Assembly (NCBI GenBank): GCA_020847715.1
Contig: JADLBM010000012.1
Location: forward strand, 1-56,534
From: Candidatus Yanofskybacteria bacterium
GTDB lineage: Bacteria; Patescibacteriota; Minisyncoccia; 2-02-FULL-40-12; GWA2-44-9
Direction: 5' to 3'
DNA: 56,534 bases
Of the stretch, positions 17,986-25,630 are shown one piece after another; the first letter of the stretch is position 1, and the number at the start of each line of letters is the position of its first letter. Position numbers and translations under genes: made by a program. A model generated the notes under the pieces. That model did no database searches and was not told the DNA's origin. It saw only the letters and a list, made by a program, of their open reading frames with translations.

Positions 17986-20304
17986 TTAGCGCCGGAAGTC
18001 GAACAGATCCTTGTCGTCATGGGCGCCCTTCGCAAGCGCTCCCGCCTCGTGACGACGATACGCATCGGTGCTCGTGTATCCGACATATAACAAGGTAATA
18101 ATCGCGGAAACGATGAGCGCAAGAAGCGTTGACTCGCCGGGACCGGTCGGCACTTGTGTAACAGGAGTCGTCGGGGTTGTGATAATGACCGGAAGCTGTG
18201 CGGTAAGAGTTCCGATACCGTCTGCGCTCGCTTGGGCCGTGTTCAGCACCGTTGTAGTTCCCGCAGGAAGCTGGCTCGCCACCGCAACACGTGCGGAGAG
18301 AAGTACGGTGACCTCTTGGCCGACCGCAAGCGTCCCGAGACTGAGTCCACTACTCGTGAGACTGTCGGGGGCAGGGGAGCCATTCACACGCACCGAACCG
18401 GCCAGTGCGGTCATGCCCTGAGGCACGATATCGCGAAGAATCACATTTGTGAGCGGTGCATTCGAGGTGTTGCGGACTCGAAGAATGAATTCGACGGTCT
18501 CTGCCGGAGAGGCGTAGACCGGCGACGCCTCGCCAGTTTGGCCACGGCTCGTGTTCCGCCCCATCTTCACGAGTGACATGCTGAGATTCTGGGATGCGTT
18601 CACGACATTCACGAAAGCAACGTCGTTCACCTCAGAAACATTTGAACCGCGCGCGTATCCGGTGTTCGTCATGACGGTCGATCCCTGCGAGAAGAATCCT
18701 GCGGCCGCAACGGACGCGCGGAATCGAATGGTCACGGTCCTTCCAGATGCGAGATCGCCGAGATTCAGTCCCGATGCAACAATGCCGTCTGCGGCAGGCG
18801 CCCCATCAATGGTCGTCGAACCTGGGATATAGGTGAGCCCAGCGGGCAAACTATCACGAACCGTCGCGGATGTGACGGCGCCAACTCCGACCGAAGAGAC
18901 GCGCAAAGAGAACTCGACCGTGTCCGAGGGGTTTGCGTTAACAGAATCGGTCTCTCCGCTTCCCTGAGTAACATTCCGCACAAGTTTCTGAAGTGTCAGC
19001 GCGGGAGCAACAGGCGTTGGCGTCGCGCTCGCGGTAGGAGTTGGTGTTAGCGTAACGCTCGCGGTCGGCGTCGGGGTAGTCGAAGGTGTTGGGGTTGGCG
19101 CAGGATTCACCACGACGGTGCATGCGGCCATATTGCCGCCACTCGCGACAACAACCACTTTCGTTCCTGGCGTTGCGAATGTTACTGCGTAGGATGCTCC
19201 GGTCGCGCTGGATGACACGCCTCCGATTGTGTACCACGCATACATTCCAGTCCCACCGGAAGCAGTGGCGTGCGCCACCGCACCGGTCACCACCATTTGC
19301 GTCGTCGGAGAACAGACGACTGGCGGCAACACGCTTCCCGTGGGCGTAGGCGTCGGAGTTGCACTCGTCGTCGGGGTCGGTGTTATTGTGACGGTCGGCG
19401 TAGGAGTCGGAGATGGAGGAGTGCTTCGTGTCGGAGCAGGGGAGGTTGTTGGGGCAACGCAGTTTGTGCCGTAATCGATAACTGCACCGAGCGCAAGCCC
19501 GCCACCAGAATCGCGGCACTCACCGGTCGCTTCATTCTTGAAGCAACCATCGATCTGAACGCGTCCGCACGTATAGCGATTCGCGTTGTAAGTGACGGTA
19601 ACCTGATGATGGGACCCGGGAGCAAAGCTCGCGTTCGTCTTCCCGATATTCACCGCAGTCCCTGCTGTCGCAGAGCACCCTTTCGTATCGTTGTGGAAAC
19701 CATTCGCAACAACGGTGTAGGTATCGGTGCTTCGATTGTACACGTCCCACGTCTGAGACATGTCGCCGTTCGCGGGTCCCTGGCACGCCTCTGTTGTAAG
19801 ATTCCCGCCTACAACTTTCCAGCAGATGCCTCCGCCCCAGTCATTGTAGCCAGCAGGACACCCAACCGTCGTCGGGAGGCAGTCGTCATTTGAGGCGCAC
19901 TGATCATCCCCAGGGCCATTAATAATGACACAGGCATTATTGGCATTGCATTCGCTGTGCTGCTCAAGAACAGTCGTCGTCGGAGTTGGCGATGGAGCAC
20001 ACCCGCCGCCAACGCACGGATCGCCATCATTACAGTCTTCGCCGCCGACGTCAGGATTCAGAAATCCATCATCGTCACAATCGTGGTCCGGAAGACAGGT
20101 CCACTGTTCTGGAGGAAGAGGACAGGAGGTGCACCCCGGATCACCGACGGTGCATGCGAAGAAGCGGTTTACATCTAGCGTAAAACCAGCCCTCCACCAG
20201 AGATAACCGAACGTAGAGAGAACGATCAACCCCGCAACAAGGAAAAAGAGGCGGTTCGCCTTAAGGAATCCACCGAATCGTACAAAAAATCCTTGAGAAT
20301 CCAT
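17986..20304 (-). CDS. Surface protein D: N-terminal anchor motif, Cys/Asp-rich region, PT linkers, Cys-bounded module, three DUF11-like repeats, VPTGPGE sorting signal
   Basis: Start placed at ATG 20304, 2 nt after the upstream stop; the ORF track extends it to 20328. Motifs AGFTLDVNRFFAC and the C-terminus VPTGPGE + TM + YTST..YRRHE...DFRR. Confidence 0.8.
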   Translation of the reverse strand: MDSQGFFVRFGGFLKANRLFFLVAGLIVLSTFGYLWWRAGFTLDVNRFFACTVGDPGCTSCPLPPEQWTCLPDHDCDDDGFLNPDVGGEDCNDGDPCVGGGCAPSPTPTTTVLEQHSECNANNACVIINGPGDDQCASNDDCLPTTVGCPAGYNDWGGGICWKVVGGNLTTEACQGPANGDMSQTWDVYNRSTDTYTVVANGFHNDTKGCSATAGTAVNIGKTNASFAPGSHHQVTVTYNANRYTCGRVQIDGCFKNEATGECRDSGGGLALGAVIDYGTNCVAPTTSPAPTRSTPPSPTPTPTVTITPTPTTSATPTPTPTGSVLPPVVCSPTTQMVVTGAVAHATASGGTGMYAWYTIGGVSSSATGASYAVTFATPGTKVVVVASGGNMAACTVVVNPAPTPTPSTTPTPTASVTLTPTPTASATPTPVAPALTLQKLVRNVTQGSGETDSVNANPSDTVEFSLRVSSVGVGAVTSATVRDSLPAGLTYIPGSTTIDGAPAADGIVASGLNLGDLASGRTVTIRFRASVAAAGFFSQGSTVMTNTGYARGSNVSEVNDVAFVNVVNASQNLSMSLVKMGRNTSRGQTGEASPVYASPAETVEFILRVRNTSNAPLTNVILRDIVPQGMTALAGSVRVNGSPAPDSLTSSGLSLGTLAVGQEVTVLLSARVAVASQLPAGTTTVLNTAQASADGIGTLTAQLPVIITTPTTPVTQVPTGPGESTLLALIVSAIITLLYVGYTSTDAYRRHEAGALAKGAHDDKDLFDFRR

Positions 20305-20306
20305 TC

Positions 20307-20801
20307 TTATTGAACAATAACCGTACACACTGCGATATCTTTGGCGGTAGAACCGTCATTTCTCCCGCTCTGCACAAGAACCTTCTTGGTTCCAGTGGTG
20401 GTATAGCGAACCGCGAACTGCGCCCCCTGTCGGTTTGTGTCGGGTGCAGATGACTCCGGACCAAGCCACGTATAGATGCCGTCTCCTCCAGCCACGGTGA
20501 GGTTCGCAAGAACACCCACGGCGACTGTCTGGGTCGCGGGGGAGCAAGAAGCAACAGCTCGATTTGTTCCCGTGGGCGGACACCATCCTCCAGCGGGCTC
20601 TGCGATGTCGCACGGAGGAGTCGCGTCAAGACATGCCGGGCGCGTCTGGCATGCCGTCGTTGTTACAACATCAGCGGCAGGCTCTGCGGCAAAGAATTTC
20701 ATGAACTCAAGACTAAATCCCGAGTACCACCAGATGCTAATGGCGCCGACAACAAGCATCAGGACTCCTCCCAGAAGCATCTTTCGAACGGTGGCATTCA
20801 T
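20307..20801 (-). CDS. Small paralogue C: N-terminal anchor motif plus one Cys-bounded Ig-like module, no sorting signal
   Basis: MNATVRKMLLGGVLMLVVGAISIWWYSGFSLEFMKFFAAE, then the module CSPATQTV...AVCTVIV. 164 aa. Confidence 0.7.
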   Translation of the reverse strand: MNATVRKMLLGGVLMLVVGAISIWWYSGFSLEFMKFFAAEPAADVVTTTACQTRPACLDATPPCDIAEPAGGWCPPTGTNRAVASCSPATQTVAVGVLANLTVAGGDGIYTWLGPESSAPDTNRQGAQFAVRYTTTGTKKVLVQSGRNDGSTAKDIAVCTVIVQ

Positions 20802-20873
20802 ATACGCACGTGCAATCTCAGTTGATTATAGTACACCGCTTGAACACTTCACAGGGACATATCCACATTTTCT

Positions 20874-22571
20874 CTACGCGCGGAAGTCGAGTGGGCCCTG
20901 GTCCTCACTCGCTTTTGTCGCCTCGCGGCGACGATACAGCGGTGAGCGCGTGTATGCCGTGTAGAGCAGGGTGAGCGTCGCTGCAAACATAAGCGCCGCA
21001 ATAACCGCATCTCCGGGCCCTGTCTGCACGCCTCCCGCGCCGCCAACGACGCCTCCACCCGTGCCAGCTCCTCCCTGAGTTGAACCGTACACCGTGACGC
21101 TCGTATCGCCGATAACATCCGCCAGCTGTTGGGCGGTCGCCACGGCGCGCGGTCGGAACATCTGCGGCCCACTGGGAAGCAGGGAAGTCTGATCTGCAAG
21201 AGCAGACCATCGCACCGTGACGACATCTCCGGCCTCAAGGCGACCTAAGAATAGGCCCGAAGTGGTAATGGTATCGATGAGAACCGGCTGACCCTCGACG
21301 GTCGTCGAGCCCTGTCGGTATGACATGCCAGATGGGATCTCATCGCGAACCAGAAGGCCGCTCGTGGGTCCACCTCCACTGTTCGTGATTCGAATGACAA
21401 ATTCCACGATCTGCCCCGGATTCACAGTGACTGCGGTCCGCTCGCTCGGATCTCCCACCGAAAGATTCCGCGCATACTTCGCCACCGTAAGCGCGGCGCT
21501 ACCCGTTTGCGTCGTGTCGTCCGTCACTGTCACTGAGCATCGAGCACTCTGCGCTCCACTGCTGACTCGAACGTTTTTGACGCCGGTAGTCGCATATGTA
21601 ATCGACACGAATTCATTCCCACCTTCTTCAAGGAGTCCACCGCCCGTGATATCCCATTGGTATACGCCCGTACCGCCACTTGCCTGTAGAAGCGCTCTTC
21701 CGGAACGCTGCACAGTCTGCGTTGTAGGCGAACAAACGAGCGGAGGCGGGGGAGGGGTCGGAGCAGTTGAGATAGTTGTGCCGATAGGAGTCGTTGACGC
21801 GCCGCCGCACAACACAGTGTTCGAAACAATGCTAGGACTAAACTTCACGCGATACTGGTAGGTTCGTCCGGCCGCAGCCGAGACATCGGTGTACGTCCCA
21901 ATACCAAAGGTATTCCAGCATCCGCCCTCACTGAAAACATCGGTCCAGCTCCCTCCGTTGATATCCATGCGCTGAATAACGTTTTGCATCGCGCGACCCG
22001 ACAACGGGTTCGTCCAAGTCAGAACATTGACGGAACCACACTGGACCGCCAGCGCGGGCGTTGACGGAGTTCCCGCATATGCGGGGCATGAATCGCCGCC
22101 TCCACCCGCGCCGCCGCCATCACACCCAGACCCACCGGCACGCGGATCGCATACTCGGATACAGAAATCGTCTCCGAATGCTGTCCAGTTCTTCGGACAA
22201 TCTTGCGGCTTCTCAACGCACATCTTCGGATACCGCTCCCACACAACACCGCTGTCAGGCTCGGGCCTGCGGTCTGTCATGTACAGGAACTCTCCCGTAC
22301 CCGTTGTCCCCCTATATGTCGGTAGGCACCCTTCATCGAGCGCATAGTCGTACTCCGGCTCTCGATTGCACACGAAATCCGGCACCCAGCTTGGCGGCTG
22401 GCTTGCGCGTCCGGGACATCGCTCTTCAGCAGCGAAGAACCTCCCGATCTCCAACTGAAAACTTCCGTAGACACCCCATATCACAAGCACCATCGCCAGG
22501 ACGGCAGCAGTAACCACAATCCACGCCTGTGGACTTTCACGGAAGAGCCGGCGAATGACTTCCCAATCCAT
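20874..22571 (-). CDS. Surface protein B: N-terminal anchor motif, Cys-rich and FN3-like regions, Cys-bounded module, DUF11 repeat, VQTGPGD sorting signal
   Basis: GSFQLEIGRFFAAE, PPPPP linker, CSPTTQTV...ARCSVTV module. C-terminus VQTGPGD + TM + YTRS..YRRRE...LDFRA. Confidence 0.8.
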   Translation of the reverse strand: MDWEVIRRLFRESPQAWIVVTAAVLAMVLVIWGVYGSFQLEIGRFFAAEERCPGRASQPPSWVPDFVCNREPEYDYALDEGCLPTYRGTTGTGEFLYMTDRRPEPDSGVVWERYPKMCVEKPQDCPKNWTAFGDDFCIRVCDPRAGGSGCDGGGAGGGGDSCPAYAGTPSTPALAVQCGSVNVLTWTNPLSGRAMQNVIQRMDINGGSWTDVFSEGGCWNTFGIGTYTDVSAAAGRTYQYRVKFSPSIVSNTVLCGGASTTPIGTTISTAPTPPPPPLVCSPTTQTVQRSGRALLQASGGTGVYQWDITGGGLLEEGGNEFVSITYATTGVKNVRVSSGAQSARCSVTVTDDTTQTGSAALTVAKYARNLSVGDPSERTAVTVNPGQIVEFVIRITNSGGGPTSGLLVRDEIPSGMSYRQGSTTVEGQPVLIDTITTSGLFLGRLEAGDVVTVRWSALADQTSLLPSGPQMFRPRAVATAQQLADVIGDTSVTVYGSTQGGAGTGGGVVGGAGGVQTGPGDAVIAALMFAATLTLLYTAYTRSPLYRRREATKASEDQGPLDFRA

Positions 22572-22620
22572 AGCAATAGTATATCAGCTTCCGCGCCCAC
22601 AGAGCACGGAGCCCTGTGTG

Positions 22621-23277
22621 TTACATCTGCACTTGCACCGCCTGGACGGCAATGCGCTTGTAATTTGTACCGACCGGATAGCAACTGATAAGCACAAGGC
22701 TACTGCCCAAAGCGTTCTCCATTTCGCTCAGACGGCTATCCTCTGAGAAAGGATTAAAAATGATTGCCTGCTTCATCTCATATACAAATGAACGATTATC
22801 CTCATACTGCACATAGAATCGATCTCCGGGTTTCAGGCGACTCAAGAGCGCGAACACCGCTCCATACTCTCCCTTATACCAAGGGTACGCTGAGCTGTGC
22901 CCAAGAATGACCGCCGCGCCGGGGTTTCCGGGTTTCGCGGTATCACTGTAGTGCACGACGCCATCTTCCAGACGCTTGTAGATGGCGTCGTTGTTGTTTG
23001 GCGCATTGAAAACGATAGGCGCGCGAACACCGATGCTGTCGATGACCAGCGTTGCCCGATCGGGTAGCGGTTTTGCCTGCACGGCACCCGCGAGCGGGAG
23101 GAGGCGAATGGCATCTCCAAGCGTGTCTCGAGTTCGGATTGTTCCGGGAGCTACAAGATACTGTGCGCTCTTTGCGACAAAACGAATATTCAGCAGCAGG
23201 AACGCCGCAGTGAATGTTACGGCGAAGATAAACACGAGCCGGAGCCAGATGGTTCGGTTCCGATTGTGAAGTCGCAT
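22621..23277 (-). CDS. Sortase family transpeptidase (218 aa)
   Basis: Start at ATG 23277 (MRLHNRN...) with an N-terminal TM. Catalytic His in AAVILGHSS, Cys in LVLISCYP, downstream Arg (NYKRIAV). Embedded among its presumed substrates. Confidence 0.85.
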   Translation of the reverse strand: MRLHNRNRTIWLRLVFIFAVTFTAAFLLLNIRFVAKSAQYLVAPGTIRTRDTLGDAIRLLPLAGAVQAKPLPDRATLVIDSIGVRAPIVFNAPNNNDAIYKRLEDGVVHYSDTAKPGNPGAAVILGHSSAYPWYKGEYGAVFALLSRLKPGDRFYVQYEDNRSFVYEMKQAIIFNPFSEDSRLSEMENALGSSLVLISCYPVGTNYKRIAVQAVQVQM

Positions 23278-23342
23278 GTCACCAGTATACCAAACAACAA
23301 CATCCCCGGTATGGGGATGTTGTTGTTTTCGGACACTCAGAC

Positions 23343-25049
23343 CTACTTGAGGAAGTTGAGTCCGGCAGACCGCGAGAGTCGTCCGACCTCCGCGAGTGCC
23401 GCGCGGCGACCGAAGGCCAGTGAGCGCGTGTACACGGCGTAGCCACCCGTCACCAATGCGGCGATGAGCAAGGCAAGCCACAGAGAGTCCGCGGGACCCG
23501 TCTGGACGCCTGATGCGTTCGTAATGCTCACATGCTGTCCGAGAGTAATCGGAAGCTGAGCAGACATCGTGCCAACCGTATCTGCTCGGACCTGCGCAGT
23601 CGCGTTGACTACCACCTGGCCCCACGAGGGGACGGATGCTTCGTCGACGCGAACCGACAGCTTAATTACCGTATCAGTAGAAGGCGAGAGCGTACCGACA
23701 GAGATACCAGCGCTCGTGATGCCGTCCGAAACCGCATACCCATTCAGTGTTGTCGAGCCTGCAATGTAGTTCACGCCGCTCGGGAGAAGCTCCGTCACGA
23801 ACGCGTTGTACAATGACGAGCCATTCATTGAGCGAACACGAAGGATGAGGTCGAGCGTGTCTCCGCCACGGGCGCGAACGCTTGCGTTCTCACCACTCTG
23901 CCCGCGCGAGACGTTGCGTCCGGTCTGGCGCAGATCGAGTCGTGCATTCGGATCGGTGTACGGGTACGCCGTCGGCGTCGGGGTCCACGCGCTACCATTC
24001 AGGACGAGCGTGGTAGTTCGAGCCTGCATATTCGCGTTCTCTGCAGTCACGGTCACTGAGTTGTAGAGCGACTGCCAGTTCGTGTATGCGGCATCAACAG
24101 TCGCATCGAACTTCACGATATAAGTGCGGTTCGCGGTCAGCGTACCGAGGCTCAGACCGCCGTTTGTGATGCCGTCGGTGTACCACGTTCCGTCGATATT
24201 CGTAGTTCCAGACAGGTAGCGAACGAACGAGGGGAGTGCGTCCGTGATGCGAACGTTGGTGAGCTGATAGGCACCGGTCGTGATGCGCGCAATGAACTGC
24301 ACGCGATCGCTCCCGTAGACATTCACCGAAGAACCCTCTCCTCCGCGCGTAACATTCCGGACGGTGTGGTCAACCGCAAGTGAGCCATACGGATACGCGG
24401 TCGGCGTCGGAGTCCAGTAGGTGGAGCCGTACACATTCACCGCGCACGAAGCCGACTGACCGGCGCTCGTGACCGTGACCGTACGATTCACCGTTGTGGA
24501 GCCATAGTTGTAGAAACGAGTCGAGAAGACGGAACCCCAACCGGACGACGGGTTGCCGTCAGTCGTGGTCCAGTAGTAGGAACCGTTACCACCCCATGCA
24601 TTCAGAGAGACCACATCACCCGAGGTGACACTCGAGTACGACGGTGCGCACTGCAGGGTCGTCCATGGGGTCGGCGTCGGGGTCCAGGTGTACGTCGGCG
24701 TAGCGCCATACACATACACCGTGCACGCGGCGGTCTGGTAACCGTCAGAAACGGTTACCGTGCGCGTCTCCGAACCGGTCACATAGAACCGGGTACCAAA
24801 TGTCGCACCATACCCATAACTCGGATTTCCACCAACCGCAGACCATGTCAGCTGGTTCGTAGTGTTCGAGGAATAGGCAGTAAAGCTCACGAAATCTCCG
24901 CTCGAAACGGACTGAACGGACGGCGCACACTGCAGGGAACCGTACCACTGCGTGGACTGCGCCTGGGCATCAACGACACCAAAGGCGCCACCGACCGAGG
25001 ACGCCAGAAGGGCCGTGAAAAGCCCGAAAATCAAGGCTTTCTTGGACAT
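23343..25049 (-). CDS. Surface protein A: classical signal peptide, two Cys-bounded modules, two DUF11-like repeats, VQTGPAD sorting signal
   Basis: Signal peptide MSKKALIFGLFTALLASSVGGAFGVVDAQA. Two LQCAPS...C.V.VYG modules. C-terminus VQTGPAD + TM + YTRS..FGRR...LNFLK. Confidence 0.8.
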   Translation of the reverse strand: MSKKALIFGLFTALLASSVGGAFGVVDAQAQSTQWYGSLQCAPSVQSVSSGDFVSFTAYSSNTTNQLTWSAVGGNPSYGYGATFGTRFYVTGSETRTVTVSDGYQTAACTVYVYGATPTYTWTPTPTPWTTLQCAPSYSSVTSGDVVSLNAWGGNGSYYWTTTDGNPSSGWGSVFSTRFYNYGSTTVNRTVTVTSAGQSASCAVNVYGSTYWTPTPTAYPYGSLAVDHTVRNVTRGGEGSSVNVYGSDRVQFIARITTGAYQLTNVRITDALPSFVRYLSGTTNIDGTWYTDGITNGGLSLGTLTANRTYIVKFDATVDAAYTNWQSLYNSVTVTAENANMQARTTTLVLNGSAWTPTPTAYPYTDPNARLDLRQTGRNVSRGQSGENASVRARGGDTLDLILRVRSMNGSSLYNAFVTELLPSGVNYIAGSTTLNGYAVSDGITSAGISVGTLSPSTDTVIKLSVRVDEASVPSWGQVVVNATAQVRADTVGTMSAQLPITLGQHVSITNASGVQTGPADSLWLALLIAALVTGGYAVYTRSLAFGRRAALAEVGRLSRSAGLNFLK

Positions 25050-25104
25050 ATGGGTGAATATAATGATTACGTAGTACCAATCCCTACTGGGATCGTGTTG
25101 ATAT

Positions 25105-25134
25105 ATTATACCATTCTAAATGGCAGAAAGTCAA
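25105..25134 (-). promoter_or_regulatory. Sigma70-like promoter of the surface-protein/sortase operon
   Basis: On the minus strand: TTGACT (25129-25134), 18-nt spacer ending TGg, TATAAT (25105-25110). Confidence 0.55.
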
Positions 25135-25177
25135 GACCCCCGAAAAACTGCTCCCGCGGCGGAATAAGGCCATATTA

Positions 25178-25206
25178 TTGAAAAAAATGCAATGTTCGGG
25201 TATACT
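25178..25206 (+). promoter_or_regulatory. Sigma70-like promoter of the tRNA-Arg locus
   Basis: TTGAAA (25178-25183), 17-nt spacer, TATACT (25201-25206). Divergent from the operon promoter. Confidence 0.55.
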
Positions 25207-25221
25207 GTCCGAGCATTGTTC

Positions 25222-25297
25222 GCTCTCGTCGTTCAAAGCCGACGCAAGAGGTCGGCTCTCCGACCCCAGCGAAGCTGGGCGTCGGAGTGGATAGGAC
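25222..25297 (+). other. Partial 5' copy of tRNA-Arg (nt 1-25) with a 51-nt structured insertion in the D-loop
   Basis: 25222-25236 equals tRNA 25334-25348, and 25288-25297 equals tRNA 25349-25358. The insert contains the hairpins GCCGAC/GTCGGC and CTCCGAC-CCCAGC GAA GCTGGG-c-GTCGGAG. Confidence 0.6.
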
Positions 25298-25333
25298 ATA
25301 CAATGCAAAGGGGAGTGGATATTCGGTGAATTT

Positions 25334-25405
25334 GCTCTCGTCGTTCAATGGATAGGACGCAAGCTTGCGGAGCTTGTAATGTAGGTTCGATTCCTACCGA
25401 GAGCA
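25334..25405 (+). tRNA. tRNA-Arg (anticodon GCG by manual fold), no encoded CCA
   Basis: Cloverleaf: acceptor GCTCTCG/CGAGAGC, D stem GTTC/GGAC, anticodon stem CAAGC/GCTTG with loop TTGCGGA, T arm GTAGG-TTCGATT-CCTAC. Confidence 0.8.
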
Positions 25406-25443
25406 CAAAAACAAATGGCCCCCTTGCGGGGCCTTTTGTTTTT
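25406..25443 (+). terminator. Rho-independent (bidirectional-looking) terminator
   Basis: GGCCCC/GGGGCC stem extended by an AAAAACAAA/TTTGTTTTT A/T-rich tract. Confidence 0.7.
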
Positions 25444-25452
25444 CATGCTTGA

Positions 25453-25614
25453 GGTAGGAATCGAACGGGGAGAAGCGGAGCGAGGCCCGGCCAAGTATGG
25501 GCGGGCCGATGTGAGCGCCAGTCGCATATCCGGTGGATATGCGACTGCTCCCCAGTACAACGAAGGCTCACCGCGACGGCGGGGAGCTGAGGCGAAATTC
25601 CTACCGAGAGTGCA
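25453..25614 (+). ncRNA. tRNA-Arg-linked satellite element (structured, about 162 nt)
   Basis: It starts with GGTAGGAATCGAAC, the reverse complement of tRNA 25385-25398. Near its 3' end, 25597-25610 (ATTCCTACCGAGAG) is a direct copy of tRNA 25390-25403. The ends pair (9 bp). Inside is a perfect 11-bp hairpin at 25520-25546. Transcription is unproven. Confidence 0.5.
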
Positions 25615-25630
25615 GGGTGATTCCTACCCT

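Noticed and set aside
16933-19440. Short tandem-looking DNA repeats (about 16933-17015, 19010-19110 and 19335-19440) considered as CRISPR or VNTR.
   Set aside because: They are in-frame P/T/A-rich interdomain linkers (TPTATATAT..., PTPTPT...) inside surface-protein genes. There is no repeat-spacer architecture. Length polymorphism by slippage is possible but not assessable here.
22621-23625. A 334-aa version of the sortase ORF extending upstream into the 3' end of gene 23343-25049.
   Set aside because: The extension overlaps the preceding gene's sorting signal in another frame and has no sortase similarity. ATG 23277 gives a normal N-terminal TM plus sortase domain.
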